From an uncultured Acidobacteriota bacterium (GTDB lineage Bacteria > Acidobacteriota > UBA6911): a stretch of 64,000 nt of DNA. The notes below the pieces were generated by a model. The model searched no databases and was not told the DNA's origin. It saw only the letters and a list, made by a program, of their open reading frames with translations. This document shows, one piece after another, positions 43,876-52,024 of the stretch. Within the stretch, counting starts at the first letter, position 1; the number at the start of each line of letters is the position of its first letter. The DNA is taken from the NCBI GenBank assembly GCA_963843575.1, contig CAWJKZ010000024.1, forward strand, positions 64,001 to 128,000. The letters are read 5' to 3'. Made by a program: the position numbers and the translations under genes.

Positions 43876-45914
43876 GCGACCACCAGAAGGAACTCCCACT
43901 GTTTGGCGACCAACCGCCCGCGGACGCCGCCGCGGCTTCCGATGCCCCCGACGATCCGCACGCCGCGGCCGAGGGACCTCTCCGGCGCCTCATGGACCGC
44001 AACTTCCTCCAGTACGCGTCCTACGTGATCCGCGACCGCGCCATCCCGCACCTGGACGACGGACTCAAACCGGTGCAGCGCCGGATCCTGTTCTCGCTGC
44101 TCCGGAACGACGACGGCAAGTTCATCAAGGTGGCCAACGTCGTCGGCTACTGCATGCAGTTCCACCCGCACGGCGACGCGTCGATCACGGAGGCGCTCGT
44201 GGTCCTGGCCAACCGGCAGTACCTGATCGAACGCCAGGGAAACTTCGGCAACCTCCTCACCGGGGATCCGCCGGCCGCCGCGCGCTACATCGAGTGCCGC
44301 CTCACCGAGCTCGGCCGGTCGGAGCTGTTCAACGAAGACCTCACGGAGTTCGTTCCCTCCTACGACGGCCGCAGGAAAGAACCCGTCACGCTCCCCGCAA
44401 AGCTCCCCCTACTACTCATGCTCGGCGCGGAGGGGATCGCCGTCGGCATCTCAACCCGGATCCTGCCTCACAATTTCGGCGAACTGCTCGAGGCGCAGAT
44501 AGCGATACTGCAGAAGAAGCCCTTCCAGGTGCTTCCCGATTTCCCGCAGGGGGGCCTGATGGACGCCCGGGCGTACGACGAAGGGCGGGGGCACGTGCTC
44601 GTGCGGGCGCACATCGCGCGCAAGGACCCCCACACGCTCGTGATCTGCGAACTCCCGTTCGGGGCCACCACCGATTCGCTCATGGCCTCGGTCGAGGACG
44701 CCGCGCGCAGGGGGAAGATCAGAATCAAGAGCATCAACGACTTCACCGCCGAACAGGCGGAGATCGAAATCCAGCTCCCCCCCGAGCAGGACCCGGACCA
44801 CGCCGTCGAGGCGCTCTACGCCTTCACGCAGTGCCAGACCCAGATTGCCAGCCGCATCGTCGTGATCCGCGACAGCAAGCCCGTGGAAATGGACGTTCCC
44901 CGGATTCTGCGCCACAACACCAGCCGCCTCGTCGAGTTGCTGCGCCGTGAGCTGATGCGCAAGCGCAGGCGCCTGTCGGAAGAGATCCATCACCAGTCGC
45001 TGGTCCGGCTCTTCGTCGAGAACAGAGTCTATCAGCAGATCGAAAACTGCGATTCGCCCGCCGCGGTGCTTCAGGCGGTGCTGGACGGCCTTCTCCCCTA
45101 CCGCGACCAGTTGCAGCGCGACGTCACCCGCGAGGACGCCGAGAGGCTCCTCTCCATCGCCATTCGCAGGATCTCACTCGTGGATCTCGACAAGAGCCGC
45201 AGGGAGGTCGAACGCCTCAAGGGCGAGATGGCGGAAGTGGAGCAGGACCTCGCCGCACTGGTTCCGTTCGCAATCAGTTATCTGCGCGGGCTGCTGCGGA
45301 AGTACGCCGAGCAGTACCCGCGACGGACCCGGCTGGCGGAATTCGGCGAGATCTCCGAGCGGGAGTTGACCGCCACCGAGCTCGTGATCGGATATGACCG
45401 CGACAAGGGCTACATCGGTCACAAGGTCGGGGGTGCCGCGCTGCTGTCGTGCTCCCCGCTGGACAGGCTCCTGCTGGTCTGGAACGACGGACGCTGCAAG
45501 GTGACGCCCCCGCCCGAGAAGCTGTTTGTCGACACGTCTCTGATCTACTGTGCCGTCGTGGACCGCGAGCGTGTCCTGACCATCGTGTTCGAGTGGGAGT
45601 TCTTCACCTACATCAAGAAGATCGCCGCCGGCGGCCTAGTCACCAACCGCGAATACCGCCTGGCCCCCAAAGGCGCCACGGTCCGGTTCCTCGCCGACGA
45701 CAACCCGCCCGTGCTCTACGTGCGCTATGCCACCGACACCCGCAGCAGAATCCGCCAGCAGGAATTCGCCGTGCGACGGCTGCCCGTGCGCGACCGCGAG
45801 GCCAAGGGATTCGTCATGACGTCGAAGCGCGTGGAGTACATCGGCCCGGCCAGAGCGGCCGACTGGGACGAATCTCTGACCGGCCCCCCGGGCCGCTTCA
45901 GCGACCTAGCCTGA
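43872..45914 (+). CDS. parC: Type IIA topoisomerase A subunit (topoisomerase IV ParC-like)
   Basis: DGLKPVQRR, HPHGD, AAARY catalytic Tyr; no GyrA-box seen. Confidence 0.88.
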   Translation: MSDHQKELPLFGDQPPADAAAASDAPDDPHAAAEGPLRRLMDRNFLQYASYVIRDRAIPHLDDGLKPVQRRILFSLLRNDDGKFIKVANVVGYCMQFHPHGDASITEALVVLANRQYLIERQGNFGNLLTGDPPAAARYIECRLTELGRSELFNEDLTEFVPSYDGRRKEPVTLPAKLPLLLMLGAEGIAVGISTRILPHNFGELLEAQIAILQKKPFQVLPDFPQGGLMDARAYDEGRGHVLVRAHIARKDPHTLVICELPFGATTDSLMASVEDAARRGKIRIKSINDFTAEQAEIEIQLPPEQDPDHAVEALYAFTQCQTQIASRIVVIRDSKPVEMDVPRILRHNTSRLVELLRRELMRKRRRLSEEIHHQSLVRLFVENRVYQQIENCDSPAAVLQAVLDGLLPYRDQLQRDVTREDAERLLSIAIRRISLVDLDKSRREVERLKGEMAEVEQDLAALVPFAISYLRGLLRKYAEQYPRRTRLAEFGEISERELTATELVIGYDRDKGYIGHKVGGAALLSCSPLDRLLLVWNDGRCKVTPPPEKLFVDTSLIYCAVVDRERVLTIVFEWEFFTYIKKIAAGGLVTNREYRLAPKGATVRFLADDNPPVLYVRYATDTRSRIRQQEFAVRRLPVRDREAKGFVMTSKRVEYIGPARAADWDESLTGPPGRFSDLA

Positions 45915-45915
45915 A

Positions 45916-45942
45916 GTGGGCCGCGTCGGCCCGACGCGGCCC
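45916..45942. repeat. REP-like palindrome family A
   Basis: GTGGGCCGCGTCGGCCCGACGCGGCCC directly after the parC stop. Confidence 0.7.
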
Positions 45943-45998
45943 CGAATCCAGCCGGCCTGATGCATAGGGCTGTGGGGGCGGGGTCGAGCCGAGCCGCC

Positions 45999-46733
45999 CT
46001 ACTCGAAGACCCCGTTGAGCATCTCGTAGCTCGAATGCACCGCGTTGACGGCGTCTTCGATCTTCTTCCTGTCGGATTGCCCTGCCAACACGCTGCCCAG
46101 GTCGTCGACCGCTTTCGAAAGGCGGCCGCGAGCGGAGGTGAACGTCGCTTCCCTGGCCTTGTGCCGTTCCGGGAGCTGCGCCATGTTCAGGGCGGCTATC
46201 TTGTTTTTCAGCTCGATGGCAGACGAGTTGATCTTCTCCCGGTCGAAGGCGGGGAGATAATGGTGGTAAAGCATGTAGAGGCTCGCATGAAAGTCGTCCA
46301 GCTCCTTCAGGGCGGGTCGGGTGACGCGCACCAGGGCTTCGAACTGGCTGTGGAGCTTTTCCGCGGCCGAGAGCAGCCCGGCATCGTCGTTTCCGCCCGC
46401 GGCGGTCTTGTACTCGGCCCCGATCGCTTCAAGCTTCTTCACGCTTTCTGACCAGGCTTTCTGTTTTTCGTGCAGGATCCCGGGCAGCGCCGCGGATGAG
46501 ACTCCGGAGATGCCCTGTTCCACCTCGGGCTGAAGCTTGCGCAGGAGGGCCACATCCTTCTTGGGCCACGCATCATGCCAGATTTCCCGGATGACCTCAT
46601 GGAACGACTCCAGCGCCGGCACGCTCGCAGTCGCTTCCGGAGGGCGCTCCGTCGCCCGACCCTGGGCGAATGCGACGGCGCCGCTCCAACAGGCAACAAG
46701 ACTCAGAACCGCAACGCGCAACACTCGATTCAT
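45999..46733 (-). CDS. Secreted protein with two His-bearing helical repeats
   Basis: Signal peptide, CAGGAGG RBS, internal duplication visible in the sequence. Confidence 0.7.
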   Translation of the reverse strand: MNRVLRVAVLSLVACWSGAVAFAQGRATERPPEATASVPALESFHEVIREIWHDAWPKKDVALLRKLQPEVEQGISGVSSAALPGILHEKQKAWSESVKKLEAIGAEYKTAAGGNDDAGLLSAAEKLHSQFEALVRVTRPALKELDDFHASLYMLYHHYLPAFDREKINSSAIELKNKIAALNMAQLPERHKAREATFTSARGRLSKAVDDLGSVLAGQSDRKKIEDAVNAVHSSYEMLNGVFE

Positions 46734-46754
46734 CGGCGCCTCCTGGCTGACTAA

Positions 46755-46906
46755 GTACTGATGTTCACAAATACGCCAACGTCTTTTTCAGGACGCGGAT
46801 GCGCGCGGATCCCCACAGATCGGCCTGGCGACAGGCGGCGGTCGATCCGCGTGAATCCGTTGGATCCGCGTTAAAAATACGTCAGCGTAGTCATGAGACT
46901 GGGTAC
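46755..46906. mobile_element. MITE-like element family B, complete copy
   Basis: Imperfect ~28 bp terminal inverted repeats beginning GTAC, TAA on both flanks, internal CGCGGAT/ATCCGCG palindrome. Confidence 0.65.
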
Positions 46907-47000
46907 TAAGGTTCAGCAGTATTTTACAGTGACCTCGCCGCTGCGGAAGAGCAATTTAGGAGGGGACGTGGGCGGCCCGGCCCCGCTCCGGCAGACCCTC

Positions 47001-47027
47001 GGACCGCGTCGGGTCGACGCGGCCCAC
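47001..47027. repeat. REP-like palindrome family A (reverse orientation)
   Basis: Reverse complement GTGGGCCGCGTCGACCCGACGCGGTCC, directly after the bcp stop. Confidence 0.65.
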
Positions 47028-47029
47028 GG

Positions 47030-47476
47030 TCAGATGCGGCAGAGCACGTCGGCGGCGTGTGTTTTCGGGGCGACGCGTGCGAAGGCCTCGCGGATGAGGC
47101 CGTCTTTCCCGATCAGGTAGGTGACGCGGTCGACGATCTTGAAGACGAGCAGGTTTGTCACGTCGACATCGAACAGGCGGCAGAGCTCGAGGCCGGGATC
47201 GACCAGGAGGTCGAACGGCAGTTTTTCTTTTGCGCGGAACCTGCGGTGTGACGCGGCCGAATCAACGCTGACGCCGAAGATCGCCGTCTCCTTGTCGGCG
47301 AACTCGGCGTGGAGGTCGCGGAACCCGCGCGCTTCTGCGGTTCAGCCGGGGGTCGAATCCTTCGGGAAAAAATAGAGCACGACGTTCTTGCGGCCGATGA
47401 AATCGTCGAGCCGAACCTGCTCCCCATCCTGGTTTTGCGCGGTGAAGCGCGGTGCCTGGCTTCCCGGCTCGAGCAT
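47030..47476 (-). CDS. bcp: BCP/PrxQ peroxiredoxin, probable selenoprotein (TGA at codon 45), 148 aa
   Basis: [56 protein letters not shown]...IFGVSVDS...LPFDLLVDP...[10 protein letters not shown]; frame stays open past the TGA. Confidence 0.88.
47317..47329 (-). promoter_or_regulatory. Candidate bacterial SECIS hairpin
   Basis: CGCGG-GUU-CCGCG stem-loop starting 12 nt 3' of the in-frame UGA. Confidence 0.6.
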
Positions 47477-47640
47477 TTCGGGCCCTCCCGGCTGCAACGG
47501 TACCACCGTCTCCGGGCTTATGCTACCATGCGGACTTCATTGGAGTCTGCTTCGCGCTGGCGTCGGTCGCCGCCTCTTCGCGGCGTCGCGGGCGCGCCCG
47601 GTTGACGGAGCGACCCGCACCCACCAGGGAGGTGACCCTA

Positions 47641-48927
47641 ATGTCGACCAATGCCGAAGCGATGGAAACGAAGGGCGCCGGCTCGACCGCCATCAAACCG
47701 TTTGCCCCGAAGTTCATGAAGATCGGAGTGCTGACCGCCGCGCTGCAGGAGCTCACACCGCGCGAGGTCCGCGACCCGGACCCCGATCGCGCGGTCGAGG
47801 AATGGCTGGAATACGCGCACCGCCTCGGTGCCGATTACATCGAGCTCTCCGCCGCACTGCATCCGACCGAAACGGATGTCCCGGCGGAGGCTCTGCTCGA
47901 CCCGGTGGCCAACACCCTCGACCTGCGCAGCCCGGTCGATGCGGCGCGGGCCAACCGCATCCTGGCTGCCATGAGGGCGCAAAACATCGGGCTTTCCGAC
48001 ATCGCGTATTTCGACAACATGCTCCACGAGGATCCCGCCATCCGCAGGAAGAAACACGATTTCATGCTCCGGGTGATGGATGCCGCCGCGATGCTCGGGG
48101 TCAACGCGGTCTGCGGCTTCGTCGGCAGGAACCAGGCGCTGGACATGGACCAGAATCTCGACGATTTCCGGGATCACTTTGTCCCGCTGCTCAAGGCGGC
48201 CAAGGCGCGCGGCCTGGTCTACCGCGTCGAACAGTGTCCCATGCCGGGGTGGACCACGGGTGACCACTTCCACAACAACATCGGCTACACCCCGGGTTTG
48301 TGGATCGCGCTTCACCAGATTGCGGAAAAGGCAGGGGTGGGCGACAACTTCCGGATTCACTACGACCCTTCCCACGCCATACTCATGGGACAGGACACGC
48401 GCTCCATCTTCCAGTACCTCAAGGACAGCGGCTATCCATTCCTCGTCGGCGGGTTCCACGTCAAGGGGCAGGTAATCAGCTCGCGGGGCGTCTCAGCCTG
48501 GGGCTACGGAGGGCAGACCGTGCTGCGCGGCGACCGCAAGGACGGCCGGCCGGCGGCGAACCCGGCGGACCAGGCCAGGGCGTGGTTGAAGCAGGTCGTA
48601 CTCTGTGAACACGAGCTCCCCGGCACCGCGCGCCACGACCCTCTCGCCTACCTGCAGAACCGGACGGTGGACTGGCTCGACCATCAACTGGCGGCGCGCG
48701 AACTGCTCGACCTCGAGGTCGCCGACACCCACCTGGTGGTGGAACACGAGTACCCGCCCGCCAGGATCCAGGACAAGGAACGATTGCTGCCCGTGCTGAA
48801 GGGATCGATCGCGTTCGTGCGTGCCATCGATCAGGCCGCCGGGTGCATGCACGCCCTGCAGCACGAGGTGCTCGCGGCACAGCATATCCCGGTCCAGGGG
48901 ATCGGCCGGGAAGCGTACCGCAGCTGA
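47641..48927 (+). CDS. Xylose-isomerase-like TIM barrel (sugar phosphate isomerase/epimerase family)
   Basis: [28 protein letters not shown] metal ligands. Confidence 0.82.
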   Translation: MSTNAEAMETKGAGSTAIKPFAPKFMKIGVLTAALQELTPREVRDPDPDRAVEEWLEYAHRLGADYIELSAALHPTETDVPAEALLDPVANTLDLRSPVDAARANRILAAMRAQNIGLSDIAYFDNMLHEDPAIRRKKHDFMLRVMDAAAMLGVNAVCGFVGRNQALDMDQNLDDFRDHFVPLLKAAKARGLVYRVEQCPMPGWTTGDHFHNNIGYTPGLWIALHQIAEKAGVGDNFRIHYDPSHAILMGQDTRSIFQYLKDSGYPFLVGGFHVKGQVISSRGVSAWGYGGQTVLRGDRKDGRPAANPADQARAWLKQVVLCEHELPGTARHDPLAYLQNRTVDWLDHQLAARELLDLEVADTHLVVEHEYPPARIQDKERLLPVLKGSIAFVRAIDQAAGCMHALQHEVLAAQHIPVQGIGREAYRS

Positions 48928-49012
48928 GCGACCGCTGGCCCGGGTTGCGAGGCCCCGCCCCGCGACCCGGGCAGACGATTCAACCCACTCTCCCCAAACG
49001 GAAAGTCATACA

Positions 49013-50392
49013 ATGTTTGAGCAGAAGAGAATCTGGCCTCTCGGACTTCTCATCGCCGCAGCCGTGGTGTTGGCGGCCTTCCTCGCCGCCGGGTTCCTCA
49101 GGGTCGGCGCAGCCCCGGACATCAATCTCAAGCCCGCCGTGCAGGCGATCGGCAAGCGCACGCCGGTTCAGATCGAGGTGGCCGAGCACAGCCGCGGTCT
49201 GTCGCACGTCAAGGTGGAATTCGTGCAGGGGGACAGGATGCAGGGCCTGGTAGACAAGTCTTACCCCGTCCCGCCCGTGTGGAAGCCCTGGGGGGCCAAG
49301 ACCGAACGGGACGTCATGACCGTGGAGGTCGGGAGAGACACCCTCACCGGTTTGAGGGCAGGTACGGCCGTGATTCGGGTCACGGCGGCCCGGGTGGGCA
49401 CATGGCTCCGCAGTCCGGAGCCGGTCGTGCGGGAGTTGACCCTGCCGGTGCGCCTTGCCCCTCCTCCGGTCCAGCTCCTGTCAACCCAGACCTATGTCGC
49501 ACAGGGTGGATCCGAGGTTGTCGTCTACCGGGTGGGCGAAGCGAGCGTGCGCGACGGGGTGCAGTCCGGCCAATGGTGGTTCCCCGGCTTCCCACTGCCC
49601 GGCGGCGGCAAACAGGACCGATTCGCGCTGTTTGCCGTCCCCTACGACCTGCCCGAGCCCAAGGTGCGCCTCATCGCAGACGACGGCGCCGGGAACCTGG
49701 CGGAGGTCAGCTTCGTCGACAAGTTCTTCCCGAAAAAGTTCAGGGCGGACCGGATCGAGCTCTCGGACGCCTTCCTGGCCAAGGTAGTCCCGGAGATCCT
49801 CTCCCAGTCTCCCGAGATCCAGGACCAGGGCAAACCGCTCGAAAATTACCTCGAGATCAACCGCACGCTGCGTATGAAGGACGCGGAGATGATCCGGGAT
49901 ATGGCAGCAAGGTCGCAACCGTCCTTTCTCTGGACGAAGCCCTTCTACAGCGTGCCCAACGGCAAGGTCATGGCCGGCTTTGCCGACCGGCGCACCTATT
50001 TCTACCAGGGTAAGGAAGTCGACCGGCAGGACCATCTGGGCTTCGACCTGGCCGTGACGGCGCACGCCCCCGTGCCCGCCGCCAATCGAGGCATCGTTGT
50101 GCAAGCCAAGTTCTTCGGCATCTACGGCAACTGTATCGTACTTGACCACGGCTACGGGCTGATGAGCCTTTACGGGCACCTCGCCAGCATCGCCGTCAAA
50201 GAAGGGCAGAAGGTCGAACGGGGCGACGTCCTCGGCACCACCGGCCAGACGGGCCTCGCCGGCGGCGATCACCTCCACTTCACGACGCTGTTGCAGGGCC
50301 TCCCCGTCAACCCGGTCGAGTGGTGGGACTCGCACTGGATCCAGGACCGCGTCGCCAAGAAGCTCGGGCCCGCCTTCAAGTTCGAACCGTAA
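49013..50392 (+). CDS. M23 family metallopeptidase
   Basis: N-terminal TM segment, HLGFD, YGN, DHG.G..SLYGHL, HLHF. Confidence 0.92.
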   Translation: MFEQKRIWPLGLLIAAAVVLAAFLAAGFLRVGAAPDINLKPAVQAIGKRTPVQIEVAEHSRGLSHVKVEFVQGDRMQGLVDKSYPVPPVWKPWGAKTERDVMTVEVGRDTLTGLRAGTAVIRVTAARVGTWLRSPEPVVRELTLPVRLAPPPVQLLSTQTYVAQGGSEVVVYRVGEASVRDGVQSGQWWFPGFPLPGGGKQDRFALFAVPYDLPEPKVRLIADDGAGNLAEVSFVDKFFPKKFRADRIELSDAFLAKVVPEILSQSPEIQDQGKPLENYLEINRTLRMKDAEMIRDMAARSQPSFLWTKPFYSVPNGKVMAGFADRRTYFYQGKEVDRQDHLGFDLAVTAHAPVPAANRGIVVQAKFFGIYGNCIVLDHGYGLMSLYGHLASIAVKEGQKVERGDVLGTTGQTGLAGGDHLHFTTLLQGLPVNPVEWWDSHWIQDRVAKKLGPAFKFEP

Positions 50393-50419
50393 GCGGCTCA
50401 CGACCACGCGGCTCGGTGT

Positions 50420-51253
50420 CTAGGGCAGGGGGTGGATCTCGATTTTGCGGAAGTAGATCTCCGCGCCTTCGGACTGGAAGATGATTTTGCCGCGATCGTA
50501 CGTACAGCCGGTGGCCAGGTTCACCACGGTGCCGTTGACCACGTTCGTGATCTTATCGCCGTCGCAGACCACCTCGATCCTCGTCCACTTTCCGGGTCCG
50601 CTCTCGACGTCGTTGCGTCCCCGGAACCCAAGCGCATCCTTCCAGGCGGGATCGCGGCCGAACCAGTTGATGCGTCCTCGGGCGAACTCGCGCACCGGGG
50701 CGGAGAGGTCGTAGACGTCCTCGCCGTCTCTGTCTTTGCCGGCGGCGGCCTTCAGCTTGGGACCGAGCCGGCTGCCCTGCTCGTCATAACCCTCGACCAG
50801 GATGATGTCCCCTACGCCCCCCTGGATGATCTGGCACTCCACGGAGCGCATCCACGGTCCGGTGAATCCCTTGCCCGTGTTCCCGTCGGACCCCTGGCAG
50901 TGCAACAGGACGCCGCTGTCCATTGCTCCCGTCTTTCGCTCCCCCCAGGTCAGCAGGCCCCAGCGGAATTCGGCGACGAGCCGGTAGTTCGAAAACTCCT
51001 CGCGCGTGATAAAGGCGCCCCAGTGTTCGCCGCTGACCCGAATGGCGGGGGCGCCATCCACCTGGTCGACTACCGAGAACACCCTGTCGGGGTCGGCGTA
51101 CTTGGTGTCCGCCAGCCAGGTGTAGAAGTTGGTCAAGTCCTTCCCGTTAAACAGCACCCGGCCGGATTCCGCCGCGCCGGCGGGGGAGTTCGGGATGCCC
51201 GTGGAAATCAGGTAGGTGGCGAGAAACGCAATGGCCAGCTTCACGCTTTTCAT
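50420..51253 (-). CDS. DUF1080 (3-keto-disaccharide hydrolase-like) secreted protein
   Basis: LFNGKDL, DSGV, ECQI, QSEGAEIYFRKIEI. Confidence 0.88.
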   Translation of the reverse strand: MKSVKLAIAFLATYLISTGIPNSPAGAAESGRVLFNGKDLTNFYTWLADTKYADPDRVFSVVDQVDGAPAIRVSGEHWGAFITREEFSNYRLVAEFRWGLLTWGERKTGAMDSGVLLHCQGSDGNTGKGFTGPWMRSVECQIIQGGVGDIILVEGYDEQGSRLGPKLKAAAGKDRDGEDVYDLSAPVREFARGRINWFGRDPAWKDALGFRGRNDVESGPGKWTRIEVVCDGDKITNVVNGTVVNLATGCTYDRGKIIFQSEGAEIYFRKIEIHPLP

Positions 51254-51267
51254 ATCTTTCTGCCGTT

Positions 51268-51377
51268 CAAGTGGGTCCGGGCTTCAGCCCGGACGTTCTT
51301 AAAGCCGTTGCATATCGTGACAGATGCACTTTACAGCCACTGTAAAAGACGTCCGGGCTGAAGCCCGGACCCACTTG
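51268..51377. repeat. REPIN-like element: perfect 29 bp inverted pair
   Basis: CAAGTGGGTCCGGGCTTCAGCCCGGACGT and its exact reverse complement, 52 bp apart. Confidence 0.85.
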
Positions 51378-51399
51378 TCTTATGGGCAGGGCGGGTGGT

Positions 51400-51894
51400 T
51401 CAACCGTTGGACAGCCAGCCCTTCTCCTCCCGCAGGGACCGGATCTGGGAGAGGTGATTCTCGCCGTGCCTGGAATAGATCGAGATGAGCTTGTCGGGGG
51501 TCATCTCCCCGGCTTCCGGGTGAAGCGCCGTGCGCGCCCAGTCCGATTCGGCAAGGCTTTTGAGCAGCGCGGCCCAACGTTCGTGCAGACCGCGGAGGAT
51601 GGCGAGTGACGGGGCCACCGGCAGTTTGGCATCGGGGAGGCCCGACCAGGCATTCTGGTCATAGGTCTTGAGGGTCGGGTGCTGCTCGGTCAGGATCAGT
51701 TTTGTGCGCACCAGCGCGTTCATGTGGGAGTCGGCCAGGTGATGAACCACCTGCCTGACGGTCCACCCGCCCTCCCGGTAGGGAGTGTCGAGTTGCGCGT
51801 CGGAAAGACCCCGCACAGCTTCCTCCACCTGCGCGGGCAAAGCTTCGATCTTCCGGATCATCTGCTGTCGGTTCGCCGCATCGGCCACGGGCAT
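51400..51894 (-). CDS. YfiT/DinB family thiol transferase
   Basis: LDTPYREGGWTVRQVVHHLADSH, LHERW, HGENHL. Confidence 0.92.
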   Translation of the reverse strand: MPVADAANRQQMIRKIEALPAQVEEAVRGLSDAQLDTPYREGGWTVRQVVHHLADSHMNALVRTKLILTEQHPTLKTYDQNAWSGLPDAKLPVAPSLAILRGLHERWAALLKSLAESDWARTALHPEAGEMTPDKLISIYSRHGENHLSQIRSLREEKGWLSNG

Positions 51895-52024
51895 ATTCCT
51901 CCTTCGGAGGGTGGCGGGCTCTGAGGGGGACGCAGGCGTTCGCGGCAGTCGGTCTTCACCCTGCCGGATTTTTCTGCTAGGCTGCAACTGGCCCGCACAG
52001 ACTCCGGTGAGACGATTGTATTTC

